A stretch of DNA of 64,000 nucleotides from the NCBI GenBank assembly GCA_035438625.1, contig DAORIS010000002.1, positions 34,832 to 98,831 of the forward strand, read 5' to 3'. Below the pieces are notes generated by a model. That model saw only the letters and a list, made by a program, of their open reading frames with translations, was not told where the DNA came from and made no database searches. Positions 36,353 to 49,989 of the stretch are shown piece after piece (the stretch's first letter is position 1; each line of letters opens with the position of its first letter). Source of the DNA: Minisyncoccota bacterium. GTDB lineage: Bacteria > Patescibacteriota > Minisyncoccia > Phycocordibacterales > DAORIS01. A program made the position numbers and the translations under genes.

Positions 36353-37376
36353 TTCCGTTAGAAGAGAATTTCGGATAAAGCTTCAGAAGCTCAATTGCAA
36401 CAACAAGCAAGATTGGACCTGCGAGGAAACCTACTGGACCAAAGAATGCCAAACCACCCAATACTGAAAGCAAGATGAGGAATGGATGTACCTTTACTTT
36501 TTGTTCAATGAGTTTTGGACCGAGGAAATTATCTACAAGTCCTACAATAGCAACTGCCCAGATGAGGTATCCGATAGCAGCAAATTGATCTCCGGTTGCA
36601 AAGAGAATGATTACCGTTGGAATGTTAATGAGACCTGTTCCAACACCGGGAATGAGGGATGCGATAGCAATTACAACTCCCCAAAGAGCAGGGTTGGCAA
36701 TACCAAAGATTGCAAAACCGAGTGCCGCGAGTAATCCTTGGATAATAGCAATAATAAGTGAACCTCTTATTACAGAGTTAATAGTCAGCTCAATTCGCTT
36801 CATCAACTGTTCATCGTCTGAAGAATCAAGTGGTGAAAGACGGATCAAATATGTACGCCACTCCTTTCCATCTCTGAAGAGATAGTAGAGAGCGATGAGG
36901 AGAATGAATACATCAAGGATGAGAGTAATAGCACTTGAGAACAATACCCCTGTGTTATTAATCAACCACGCCAACGCACTTTGTACATACGCAGAAATAT
37001 CTACCTGGATTCCAGGGATAATCCTTTCTGCAAACTGCTGAATGCCCTGCTCTGCAGTTCTATATAACGATCCGGCAGAGTCGCTTGCAAGAGAAATGTA
37101 AAGATCACGTGCTTCATTGAATACAAGGAAACTAATAATTGAAACCGGAATAAGGATTATACAAACTACAGTAAGTACCGAAAGGATTGCTCCTAGACTC
37201 TTGTTTCCTGTCTTTTGGATCAACCGCTCATGCCATTTCTGGAAAAACACTGAGAACACAAGCGCAAGGAGTACTGGTACAAGAAATGGTGCCAAGACGT
37301 TGTACATCAATACCCAGGCTAAAACGAAAATTGCAAAGAAAAATATATGTTGCGCGAGGGAATTATTCATAAACAA
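36324..37376 (-). CDS. AI-2E family transporter (PerM/UPF0118)
   Basis: Eight-TM profile and conserved C-terminal proline/glycine-rich helices (LVDNFLGPKL). Confidence 0.7.
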   Translation of the reverse strand: MFMNNSLAQHIFFFAIFVLAWVLMYNVLAPFLVPVLLALVFSVFFQKWHERLIQKTGNKSLGAILSVLTVVCIILIPVSIISFLVFNEARDLYISLASDSAGSLYRTAEQGIQQFAERIIPGIQVDISAYVQSALAWLINNTGVLFSSAITLILDVFILLIALYYLFRDGKEWRTYLIRLSPLDSSDDEQLMKRIELTINSVIRGSLIIAIIQGLLAALGFAIFGIANPALWGVVIAIASLIPGVGTGLINIPTVIILFATGDQFAAIGYLIWAVAIVGLVDNFLGPKLIEQKVKVHPFLILLSVLGGLAFFGPVGFLAGPILLVVAIELLKLYPKFSSNGNVPTSTPRQ

Positions 37377-37408
37377 GAATTAACTATACTAATCGCCCTA
37401 TAACGACC

Positions 37409-38959
37409 TCATACTACCAGATTTCTTCCCGTCATTTGAGTAGGGGTCGGAATTTCAAGAAGTGAGAGTACGGTTGGGGCAATATCAGCAAGTGATCCAC
37501 CAGAAGATACTTGTGCTCCAGGATGTAGTCCTGTGATGATTGCTGGTACCGGATTTAGGGTGTGAGCAGTGTGCTTTTCTCCCGTCACCGCATCAATATT
37601 CACTTCTGCATTTCCATGGTCGGCTGTCACAAACGCACTTCCACCACGAGTATGAAGCGCATCAAGTACCCGTCCTAACTGAGTATCTACCGTTTCAACA
37701 GCGGTAATTATTGCTGGCACATTTGCGGTATGCCCCACCATATCTGGATTTGCAAAGTTAATGAAAATGAAATCTACACCTGCTTCTATTCGCTTAATTG
37801 CTTCATCAGCAATCGCCTCTGCACGCATCTCAGGAGCTTGATCATGCGTTGACACATCTTTACGTGATGCAAGAAGAACATGTTCTTCTCCTTCGTGTGG
37901 TTGCTCTCTACCTCCATTTAAGAAGTACGTTGCATGTGGAAATTTCTCAGTCTCAGCAAAATGAGCTTGGGTTAGTCCCGCCTTTGAAACTTCAGCACCG
38001 AGTGTGGTTTCAATTGAAATTGACGGGAACGCAACGAGCGATGGGTACTCACTTCCATATGACGTCATTGTTGTAAACAACACATTGTGAGCTGATACCT
38101 TTTCAAGAAACTTCTTTGAAAGCATTCTGGCTCTATCTGGTCTGAAATTAAAGAAAAATACTGCATCACCATTAGAAAGTGCTGAACTCCTTCCAAGTGG
38201 TGATGTTCCAATCGCCCCCTCTTCTTCTTGAGTAAACACCAACGGCTCAATGTGTTCATCAAGCTTTCCATCTTTATATAATTTTTCAACATGTGCTGAA
38301 GCAGGCATGTCTTTTAACTCACACACATTACCTTCACAATGGAAAATGGCCTTCTCAGCTTTCGCCAAACGGTCCCAGTTGTTGTCTCTGTCCATTGCAA
38401 AGAATCGGCCAGAAAGTGTGGCGATAAAACCAATCTGAATTTCTGCCAGTACTTTTTCTAAATCACGTAAGTATCCTGCCGCACTTTGAGGCGGCGTATC
38501 TCTTCCATCAGTAAAAAGATGTAACGCAACCGTACCAATTCCATGTTTCTTTGCCGCACGAAGAAAAGCAAACAAGTGTTCACTGTGTGCATGTACTCCA
38601 CCATCACCAAGTAGCCCCACTGCATGAAGTAATGATCCGTGTTTTTTTACATGATCAAACAATGCAATAAACGACGGGTTGTTTTCAAACTCCCCATTTT
38701 TAATCGCCTTTGCAATTCGAACAAGGTCCGTATCAATTGGTTTTCCAGCACCAATCGTTGTGTGCCCAATTTCACTGTTCCCCATCTGACCTTCTGGAAG
38801 ACCAACAGCCAGTCCTGATGCTTCAAGTAGCGTATGTGGGTATTCTTTCCAAAGCGCATCAAAGACAGGTGTCTTGGCCTCTGCAACAGCATTGTGCGTA
38901 GCGTCTTCTCTATAGCCCCACCCATCAAGAATAATTAGTGCGGTTTGCTTTTTCGACAT
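37409..38959 (-). CDS. gpmI: 2,3-bisphosphoglycerate-independent phosphoglycerate mutase
   Basis: N-terminal ALIILDGWGYRE and the Ser-phosphotransfer/Mn-binding boxes. 516 aa. Confidence 0.9.
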   Translation of the reverse strand: MSKKQTALIILDGWGYREDATHNAVAEAKTPVFDALWKEYPHTLLEASGLAVGLPEGQMGNSEIGHTTIGAGKPIDTDLVRIAKAIKNGEFENNPSFIALFDHVKKHGSLLHAVGLLGDGGVHAHSEHLFAFLRAAKKHGIGTVALHLFTDGRDTPPQSAAGYLRDLEKVLAEIQIGFIATLSGRFFAMDRDNNWDRLAKAEKAIFHCEGNVCELKDMPASAHVEKLYKDGKLDEHIEPLVFTQEEEGAIGTSPLGRSSALSNGDAVFFFNFRPDRARMLSKKFLEKVSAHNVLFTTMTSYGSEYPSLVAFPSISIETTLGAEVSKAGLTQAHFAETEKFPHATYFLNGGREQPHEGEEHVLLASRKDVSTHDQAPEMRAEAIADEAIKRIEAGVDFIFINFANPDMVGHTANVPAIITAVETVDTQLGRVLDALHTRGGSAFVTADHGNAEVNIDAVTGEKHTAHTLNPVPAIITGLHPGAQVSSGGSLADIAPTVLSLLEIPTPTQMTGRNLVV

Positions 38960-38967
38960 ACAAGTTT

Positions 38968-41450
<2,483 letters not shown>

Positions 41451-43972
41451 GGTGTTTAAATTTTATTTCTTTTTGCTCACCACCCTTACGAACAATAATT
41501 TTATCGTTCCTTCCTAATTCTTCACCGTGTGTTTCTCCTCCGGACTTAGATACTCCTCCACTCCCATCGTCTGTAATAAATGTTGCCTTGCGTTCAATGT
41601 CTTCCATTGCTTTCTCTTCTTTTGCAAACGCACCTGCTCCAATTCGAGGAATTGTTTCCATCACCTGGGAAATCAGGACTGATTGCATTGACTTGAAAAT
41701 TCTTAGACCCTCTCGCTTGTACTCTATAAGTGGATCGCGTTGTCCGTATGAACGGAGATTTACTGAACTTCGGAGATACTCCATTTCTTCTAGGTGATCT
41801 ATCCACAACATATCGTTTGTCTGGAGAAGCAACCGACGTATTCCCGCACTGGCTTCTTCTTTTCCAAGTGCCTGTACACGGTCCTCTATTACTTTATCAA
41901 CTTCCTCTACTGAAACCCCGTAATCTCCTTTAGTAAGAAACTCTTTTGCAATCTCAAGAACCTCGTCACCTTCAGCCGTAAGAAGCTTGCGACGACGTTC
42001 ATACATAATCTTACGCTGATGGTTCAAAATGTCGTCATACTGGAGTGTCTGCTTTCTGCTATCGAAATTAATTCCTTCGATTTTTGTCTGTGCTGATTCA
42101 AGTGACCTACTCAACATTCGATTTTGGATAGCCTCATCTTCTGGAAGTCCCAACCTACCGATCATTTTCTTTACCGTGTCAGCCGCAAACACACGCATAA
42201 GCATGTCATCAAAGGCCACAAAGAATTGAGTTGATCCTGGGTCACCCTGACGTCCTGAGCGACCTCGGAGTTGGTTATCAATACGACGTGCAGTATGACG
42301 CTCGGTACCAATAACATGTAGTCCTCCAAGGCTTTTTACCTCTTCAGACAATTCCTTTGGTGCCATTGCTCCTCCGAGTTTAATGTCGACTCCACGACCA
42401 GCCATGTTTGTTGCCACCGTTACAGCGCCTTTCTTTCCAGCCTCTGCCACAATTTCTCCTTCTCGCTCGTGGTTCTTGGCATTAAGCATTTGGTGCGGAA
42501 CACCAGCAACTTTCAAGTACTCAGAAAGTTCTTCGTTCTTTTCAATTGAAACCGTACCAATAAGTACCGGTTGTCCTGTCTGGTGGATTTTTTTTACATG
42601 TTTCGCAAGCGCAGTGAACTTTCCATGTTCTGTTTGGAAAATGAGGTCATTTTTATCATCACGAACTACCGGACGGTTTGTTGGGATTGGAACAGTATCA
42701 AGTCCATATACCTTAAAGAATTCTTCTCGTGAAGTATATGCAGTACCAGTCATTCCTCCTAACTTTTCGTACAGCCTGAAATAGTTTTGGTATGTGATTG
42801 AAGCAAATGTTCGTGTCTCACGTTGCACAAGCACTCCCTCCTTGGCTTCAACAGCCTGGTGAATTCCACCTGACCATCGTCGTCCTGGTTGCAATCGTCC
42901 AGTGTATTCATCAACGATAATTACTTCGTTATCTCGCACAACATATTCTTTTTCTCGCTTGTAGAGTGCCTTTGCCTTAACCGCAGTCTCAAGGTGATAC
43001 GCATATTTAATTCCAGCGTCAGTATAAATATTTTCTACACCTAACTGCTTTTCAGCTTCGCGAATACCCGCGTCAGTTAGCGCGATCTGGTGGTGCTTTT
43101 CATCAACCGTGTAATGCTCTTCTTCTTTTAATCTGTCAGCAATCTGTGAAAATCGAGCGTAGAGATTTTCTGATTCTTGTGCGGGTGCAGAAATGATAAG
43201 TGGAGTACGTGCTTCGTCGATCAAGATTGAGTCAATTTCGTCCACGATTGAAAATGGATGTCCGCGCTGCCTCAGGTTGCGCTTATCGTACTCAATGTTG
43301 TCTCGGAGATAGTCAAAACCGAATTCAGAGTTTGTTCCGTATGTAATATCTGCTTGGTACGCTTCTCGTCTTGTGCAAGGCTTTAGAAATTCATACACAA
43401 CCTTAAACGCAGCAACTTCATCTCGATGTTCGTCTGCTTCTACATGAGTTGGATCATAGAGATATGATGCCTGACCGTTGATGACACCGACAGTCATTCC
43501 AAGAGCGTTATAAATCTGACCCATCCATACACCGTCACGACGTGCCAAATAGTCGTTAACCGTTACAACGTGTACACCCTTTCCTGCAAGTGAATTTAGG
43601 AATACTGGAAGTGTTGCAACGAGTGTCTTTCCTTCTCCAGTTTTCATTTCAGCGATCGCACCTGAATTAAGTACAAGTCCTCCAACAAGCTGCACGTCAT
43701 AGTGACGCTGACCAAGAGTTCGTTTTGCTGCTTCACGGGTAAGTGCAAAAGAGCGAGTGAGTACTGAGTCTAGTGACCTACCTTCTGCCTGCACTTCTTT
43801 TTTAAGCACAATAGCTTCATCCTTCAACTGTTCAAGTGAAAGTGGTTCGTATTTCTTCTCAAGAGTGTTTATTTCAGCAATCTTAGAGGCGTATTTCTTT
43901 ACAGCCCGCTTTTCTGGGCTTCCAAACAATTTTTCCAGCATCGGGATATTTTAGCACAAAATATGCACGTTT

Positions 43973-45001
43973 TCAGCTTATTTTCGCTTGAATTTCTCCA
44001 ATATATTCAACCTCAGGCTCGATGGTAATGCCGGTCTTTTCATGTACCTTTTTTGATACAAAATCCGCTAACTTAGCAACATCCTCTGTCCTTGCGCCAC
44101 CATGGTTTACGATGACCAGTGCCTGCTTTTCATAGAGACCTACAGACCCTTCGGTGTATCCTTTTAACCCACACACCTTATCCAATATCCATCCAAGTGG
44201 AACTTTCATTCGTCCTCCATCAACTGGAAACCCCGGTATTTCTGGATATGTTCCTGTAAGTGTTTCGTATATCCCACTTTCTATAAATGGATTTTTAAAA
44301 AATGACCCTGCGGTACCAATGTGTTTCCAATCAGGCAACTTTGCCATACGGATTGCAATGACTGTGTTGCGTATGTCTTGTATGAGTGCTTCTTTTTTTC
44401 CTCCTAATTTTTCTTCAACTTCTTTAAAGGTGATTTTTCCACTGTTACTTTTTGAAAATCGTAATGTTGCACTGGTAACTATCCAATTTCTTCCTTCTAT
44501 AGTTTTAAAAAATGAATACCTGTATGAAAACAAACATTCTGCTTTGGGGAATATTCGCTTTTCTTGCGTATGAATATTAATGGCGGTAACCGTAACGACA
44601 ACATCTGCAATTTCTCCCCCGTACGCTCCGATATTCTGAACAATCGCTCCTCCTAGAGTTCCTGGAATATACGAGAGCATTTCAATACCCTGAAGATCAT
44701 TCATCACTGCAAAGTGCACAACGTCATCCCAGTTTTCACCCGCACCAAATTCATATTCAGTTTCAGCTATCTCATTGCGAGCTTGAATATTATTTTTAAT
44801 GACGAGTCCAGGAAAGCCCGTGTCAGATATCAAAATGTTTGAGCCACCACCTAAAACAAAAACTGGATACTGCTTCTTTGTATTCCAATCTAAAACTTCT
44901 ATTAATTCTTGTTCATTTTCAACTTCTACAAAAAACTCTGCCTGTCCTCCAGTTTGAAAAGTAGTTAGTGAAGCAAGGGGTTCGTGTTCTCTAATATGCA
45001 T
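43973..45001 (-). CDS. murB: UDP-N-acetylenolpyruvoylglucosamine reductase
   Basis: FAD-binding PCMH domain (LGGGSNIL) and the MurB C-terminal domain. Confidence 0.85.
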   Translation of the reverse strand: MHIREHEPLASLTTFQTGGQAEFFVEVENEQELIEVLDWNTKKQYPVFVLGGGSNILISDTGFPGLVIKNNIQARNEIAETEYEFGAGENWDDVVHFAVMNDLQGIEMLSYIPGTLGGAIVQNIGAYGGEIADVVVTVTAINIHTQEKRIFPKAECLFSYRYSFFKTIEGRNWIVTSATLRFSKSNSGKITFKEVEEKLGGKKEALIQDIRNTVIAIRMAKLPDWKHIGTAGSFFKNPFIESGIYETLTGTYPEIPGFPVDGGRMKVPLGWILDKVCGLKGYTEGSVGLYEKQALVIVNHGGARTEDVAKLADFVSKKVHEKTGITIEPEVEYIGEIQAKIS

Positions 45002-45010
45002 GCTCTGTAC

Positions 45011-45077
45011 TCAGTCGGTCACCGGGGCGAGCTCCAATGACAAATGTAAAATGTGAGTGCGACCGGTGACCGACTGA
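45011..45077. repeat. 15-bp perfect inverted repeat (TCAGTCGGTCACCGG ... CCGGTGACCGACTGA) with a 37-nt spacer, in the murB upstream region
   Basis: Read directly from the sequence. No T-tract follows on either strand, so it is not a canonical intrinsic terminator. Confidence 0.6.
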
Positions 45078-45116
45078 AAACAGTGCTCTAAAAGTATACC
45101 GCGTAGAAAATGAAAC

Positions 45117-45148
45117 GTCCAAAAACACGAAAGCCCGCTTTCGCGGGC
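45117..45148 (-). terminator. Intrinsic terminator for the upstream minus-strand gene at 45231-47504
   Basis: AGCCCGC-tttc-GCGGGCT hairpin followed on the minus strand by TTCGTGTTTTT. Confidence 0.6.
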
Positions 45149-45230
45149 TACGTGCTACATTTGTCCTGTAGTACGCTTTTAAGCGCACTCACCTACATAA
45201 TTATACTTCACTTTCCTCGCGAGTCAACCG

Positions 45231-47504
45231 TTATTGCTTTGGAATAATACTTTTTGTTCCGGCGTTAATTGCGCCTTCATATGAAGTAATTTCTTGAACG
45301 ATCTGGGTGTTACCCGCTGTTGCTGCTTGAGTCTTAAGTTCAGCCAAAAGTTCGAGTGCGCCCTTTCTGTTACCAACCTCAAGTCGTGCCGCAGCAAGAA
45401 GAATGTGAGATGTTGGAGAAATCCTCTCTTGTTTCTTCAGTTCTGCAACCTGTGCTTCAAGTACCGGAAGTACTCGTGCTGTGTGTCCTGTTATAAGAAG
45501 TGCTTGTACTACTCCACTGTTTTCCATGACTTGTGGGTATTTTTCAATAGTATCGAAGGCGAGTTGATCTCTATTGCTATAAAGCGCTGTAACTACATAC
45601 AACCCTTCAATAGAAATATTTTTCTCTTGAACACTGACTGCATACTCAGCTCGCTTAAATGCTTCTTCAAATTTATCCTGGGTAAGCAAGAAAGATATTT
45701 CATCAGAGATAAACATCTGCTTCTTTGGAGACAATTCCTGTGCTTTTCGGATTAATTCCATTGCCTTATCAATTTCTCCTGTCCTTGAGTAACTTGTTGA
45801 AAGAATGTAGTACGCACGTGGATCATTTGGAGACTCTTCAATTTGATCCTGACCCGCCAAACGAGAGTCATTCAAGAAAGCCATTCCAACTTCATTTCCA
45901 GCACCAGCTTGCGAAGCAACATTTACAGCATTTGTAATGTATTGCTCTCGAATTTCTTGGTTTCCAAACGAATCATATGAAAGCGCCTTATCGAAATACA
46001 TTTTGGTGGCTTCGAAATTTGCCATTTGCTCTGCCTGGGTCTTGGGCGGCTGGGCCATAATGCGTAGCGCAGAGAGAAGTGACCTATTTGCTGCATACGG
46101 CTTATATGTACCGGCGTATAACGTATACGGAACAACAACAAGTGAAAGTACTGCGCATACAAGCATGACTTGCGTCTTGAGTACTGAATCACCTGCTTCT
46201 GCGTTTCCCTTTTTAGAAACAACATCTCGAGGAACAATTTGTGAATGGAAGAATGCAAGTATTCCAAAGAACAAAATATAACTTGCCAAGTTATCAAACA
46301 CGAACAAGTTATGGATAAAGTAACCAACGAGTATTCCAGTGAATACTGATTTCTGTAGAATTGAGAGGCGATCGCCTGGTATTTTCCAGAGCGTGTACCC
46401 AAGCATTGCAATTAGTGCGATATAGGCCAAGAAACCAACAATTCCTGTTGTGACCAACCACTCGATAAACATATTATGTGAGCGGTCAAACCATTGTTCG
46501 TGAGAATAAATTGCAGGATCGTAGTAGGTAGAAAAGATATAGTTAAAACTTTCCTGTCCCCAACCAAAGATTGGTCGATCCTTTACTCCCTCAAATGCCA
46601 TTTTCCATAGTGTTGGACGGGCCTGAGTTTCAGCGTTTGTGAGTGTTACCTCTGTAAATCTCCTAAGAATTGAAACGTTCTGCACAACGCCCGTATCCTT
46701 TAACAAGAAAAACAATCCGACAAGTGCAGTGACGCCAATAACCATTCCAGCTGCAATTTTCTTCAAGAGCGGATGATTACGTTCATAGATTGCGAGAAAA
46801 ATTCCAGCAACAAACGAGCCACCTAATATACCAAGTACTGTTCCTCGAGTACCGGTAAAGAATACACCTGCAATAAACGCAATGATTCCAACAGCATAGG
46901 CTGCAATACGCCATTTTTCTTGTCGTACTTTTTTATCAGACACTGCAATCAGTAACAATATGCCAGCGTGAATGAAAAAGTATGCACCAACATATGTTGA
47001 GTTTCCGAGCATAACATTAATACGTGGGGCAACACCATTACTTAGAAGTCCTCCAATTGCGTCAGACAATCCAACTAAGAGCATGATTGCGCTTATTGAA
47101 AGCGATGTAACCGCATACCACAACCACTCTTTTGTTGTACGAAAAACATTTGAAGCGATGAATGCAAAGGCACCGAGGTGCAAGAGTGCAATGTACCCTT
47201 CCATTCGCTCATAGTTACTCCAGAAACTCTTATATGGATTTTCACTAAAGATATTTGCAACACCTACAATCACCACAAAAACCAAAAGTGACCACATAAG
47301 ACCAGACGCCTTTGGCCTAAAACGTGCGTCCCTCCACGCAAGAAACAAATATGCCACCAATGCAATTTCTACAAGCGCCCTAAATGCAAAGTTTTTTCCA
47401 GCGATATATGGGAAAAACATTTCATTTGAAACATATAGCGGTACTGCCAGCACCAGTCCCAAACAGCCGATAACAATATATTGTAGTGTTTTATTCAAAT
47501 TCAT
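45231..47504 (-). CDS. Second O-antigen-ligase/Wzy-like membrane domain fused to TPR repeats (paralogue of 22371-24821)
   Basis: Same architecture as the first copy: polytopic N-terminus, then about 300 aa of TPR-like repeats. Confidence 0.55.
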   Translation of the reverse strand: MNLNKTLQYIVIGCLGLVLAVPLYVSNEMFFPYIAGKNFAFRALVEIALVAYLFLAWRDARFRPKASGLMWSLLVFVVIVGVANIFSENPYKSFWSNYERMEGYIALLHLGAFAFIASNVFRTTKEWLWYAVTSLSISAIMLLVGLSDAIGGLLSNGVAPRINVMLGNSTYVGAYFFIHAGILLLIAVSDKKVRQEKWRIAAYAVGIIAFIAGVFFTGTRGTVLGILGGSFVAGIFLAIYERNHPLLKKIAAGMVIGVTALVGLFFLLKDTGVVQNVSILRRFTEVTLTNAETQARPTLWKMAFEGVKDRPIFGWGQESFNYIFSTYYDPAIYSHEQWFDRSHNMFIEWLVTTGIVGFLAYIALIAMLGYTLWKIPGDRLSILQKSVFTGILVGYFIHNLFVFDNLASYILFFGILAFFHSQIVPRDVVSKKGNAEAGDSVLKTQVMLVCAVLSLVVVPYTLYAGTYKPYAANRSLLSALRIMAQPPKTQAEQMANFEATKMYFDKALSYDSFGNQEIREQYITNAVNVASQAGAGNEVGMAFLNDSRLAGQDQIEESPNDPRAYYILSTSYSRTGEIDKAMELIRKAQELSPKKQMFISDEISFLLTQDKFEEAFKRAEYAVSVQEKNISIEGLYVVTALYSNRDQLAFDTIEKYPQVMENSGVVQALLITGHTARVLPVLEAQVAELKKQERISPTSHILLAAARLEVGNRKGALELLAELKTQAATAGNTQIVQEITSYEGAINAGTKSIIPKQ

Positions 47505-47521
47505 GGGCTACACTATACAGT

Positions 47522-48670
47522 ATGGATCAAAAAAGGAGGAGGAAGATTCTCTTTGTTATCACCAAGTCTAACTTTGGGGGTGCACAACGATATGTATTCG
47601 AATTAGCCACAGAGCTTCACCAACAAAAGTCAGAGGAATTTGAGATTTGTGTTGCTTTTGGAGGCTCTGGGTTACTCAAGGAAAAGCTGGGGGTAGCTGG
47701 TATTGGGACAATTGAGATTAAAGGATTAGAGCGTGACATTGGAATTTTTAAAGACCTCAAAGCATTTTTCTCACTGCTATCAATCTTAAGAAAAGAACGA
47801 CCCGACATCATTCACTTGAATAGTTCTAAAGCTGGGTTACTTGGCGTACTCGCTGGACGTATCGCACGTATTCAGAAAATAGTATTCACGGGACATGGTT
47901 GGGCATTCAACCAAAAGCGCTCGTGGATAATGAGCACAATCCTTAAGGCTTGTTACGTTGTAATCATCTCCCTCTGCCACAAAGTGATTGCAGTTTCCCA
48001 AAAAACAAAAGAGGATGTACTCCAGTTACCGTTCATTAATGAACAAAAAATTATTGTGATCCATAACGGCATTCCACAGCAAGAATTATTATCAAAAGAA
48101 ACGGCTCGAGAAAAACTACTTTCACATACACCTGGACATGTGCCCACCTCCCCAGAAACACTATGGATTGGCACACTTGCAGAACTCCACCCGAGAAAAG
48201 GATTAGATATACTTATCAATTCTCTTACGAATGTTTCTCGTCCATTTCACGCATGGATTATCGGTGCAGGAGAAAGCAAAGATTCACTTATTGAATTGGC
48301 GACTACCACTCGGCTCCAAGATAAAGTTTCTTTCACAGGTTTTATTTCTAATGCGTCAGCGCTATTACCTGCCTTCGACATATTTATTCTGCCTTCACGA
48401 GACGAGGCACTCCCATACGTGTTATTAGAGGCTGGTGCCGCGTCCCTTCCAACTATCGCAACAGCAATTGCTGGAGTGCCTGAAATCATTGAACACAATA
48501 AGACAGGTATACTTATTCCACCAGAGAACATCGGTGAACTTACTCGAGCAATTGATGCGCTATGTACTAACCCAGAACGTTCTCAATTTGGTATGAATTT
48601 ACGAACTACAATCCTAGAAAGATTTTCTCTTACTGGCATGGTAGAAAGAACTATCAAAGATGCATACTAA
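47522..48670 (+). CDS. Glycosyltransferase family 4 (group 1)
   Basis: GT-B fold with the E...LPSR..EA.P..LLEAGA..LP C-terminal signature. Start set at MDQKRRRKILFV to avoid an overlap. Confidence 0.7.
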   Translation: MDQKRRRKILFVITKSNFGGAQRYVFELATELHQQKSEEFEICVAFGGSGLLKEKLGVAGIGTIEIKGLERDIGIFKDLKAFFSLLSILRKERPDIIHLNSSKAGLLGVLAGRIARIQKIVFTGHGWAFNQKRSWIMSTILKACYVVIISLCHKVIAVSQKTKEDVLQLPFINEQKIIVIHNGIPQQELLSKETAREKLLSHTPGHVPTSPETLWIGTLAELHPRKGLDILINSLTNVSRPFHAWIIGAGESKDSLIELATTTRLQDKVSFTGFISNASALLPAFDIFILPSRDEALPYVLLEAGAASLPTIATAIAGVPEIIEHNKTGILIPPENIGELTRAIDALCTNPERSQFGMNLRTTILERFSLTGMVERTIKDAY

Positions 48671-49967
48671 AACCCAGAGACTCCAGACCTTCCTGGGAAG
48701 TGCTGGTTTTAAGAAATACTTTAATAACACCTCGTGGTTATTTATTGGTCGCCTGACAAACATGGTAGTTGGCTTTATTGCCACAACATATGTCATCCGA
48801 ACACTCGGACCAGAGTCATATGGAACGGTTAGTTATATCCTTAGTTTCGCTGGCCTTGGATCAGTATTGGCAAACTTAGGAATAGATCAGATTTTGTCTC
48901 GTGAATTATTAGTACAGAAAGAAAATCGTGGAACATTGTTAGGCACAGCGTTTATTATAAAAACAACCGGTGCTGTTGTCTCGACACTACTCTTAATTAC
49001 CACCAGCATCGCGATCGACAACAGCGCGTTCTTGACGCTTTTGATTGCATTTATGTCGTTTTCATATTTCTTTTCTGCGTTCGGTGTCTTTAATACACTA
49101 TTTCAAGTTGATGTTCGTTCTAAATATCCATCGCTCCTTTCGATATGGGTCGTGTTGATTTTGAGTGTCCTTAAAATTATTGTTGTCTTCTCAGGTCTGC
49201 CAATTGAGTTTATTATCGGGGTGTTCTTCATCGAACCAATTCTCTATGCCGTTGGACTAGTCTTTCTATATGTAAAACACTACAGCAGGCATATCTACAA
49301 ACTAAGTTTTGATATGAATATTGCAAAAATATTCATCAAAGAATCATGGCCACTAATTTTATCGAGTGCCTTTATCGTCATCTACTCACGCATAGATCAA
49401 GTGATGCTTAAAAACATGGTAAATGAAACATCTGTAGGATTTTATGATTCTGCTGTTCGTATTGCAGAACTGTGGTATTTCATTCCTGGAATTTTAGGAT
49501 CAGCACTGTTTCCTGCAATGGTTAATGCCCACCTAACAGACACATCTATATATACCCTTAGGATGAAACGCCTATATTTCCTACTCTGGTGGCTTGGAAT
49601 TGCGATTAGCGCCTCAGTATTTGTCTTAGCGCCATTTATCATTCACACACTCTATGGACCAGCATACGATATGTCGATATTAGTCCTTAGGATTTATGTG
49701 TGTGCAACCATACCAATATTCCTCGCAATGATTATCCAGCAACACCTTGTCACAAAAGGATTGACACGAGTAACATTTTTCATGACATTCCTTGGAATGG
49801 TTGCGAACATTGTTTTGAACATTTTCTTAATTCCTCGCTACGGAATATACGGTGCTGCAGTCGCAACCCTTGTTTCATATTCACTCATGCCGCTGTCGAT
49901 ATTGCTACTGAAATCAACCCGCGAACACGCGCTCCTTGTGCTAACATCTATTTCACATTTCCGTTAA
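48660..49967 (+). CDS. Wzx-type polysaccharide flippase (MOP superfamily)
   Basis: 12-14 TM helices, about 435 aa, located within the glycan cluster. Confidence 0.65.
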   Translation: MHTKTQRLQTFLGSAGFKKYFNNTSWLFIGRLTNMVVGFIATTYVIRTLGPESYGTVSYILSFAGLGSVLANLGIDQILSRELLVQKENRGTLLGTAFIIKTTGAVVSTLLLITTSIAIDNSAFLTLLIAFMSFSYFFSAFGVFNTLFQVDVRSKYPSLLSIWVVLILSVLKIIVVFSGLPIEFIIGVFFIEPILYAVGLVFLYVKHYSRHIYKLSFDMNIAKIFIKESWPLILSSAFIVIYSRIDQVMLKNMVNETSVGFYDSAVRIAELWYFIPGILGSALFPAMVNAHLTDTSIYTLRMKRLYFLLWWLGIAISASVFVLAPFIIHTLYGPAYDMSILVLRIYVCATIPIFLAMIIQQHLVTKGLTRVTFFMTFLGMVANIVLNIFLIPRYGIYGAAVATLVSYSLMPLSILLLKSTREHALLVLTSISHFR

Positions 49968-49989
49968 TTAATGGATTAACCAAAACACT

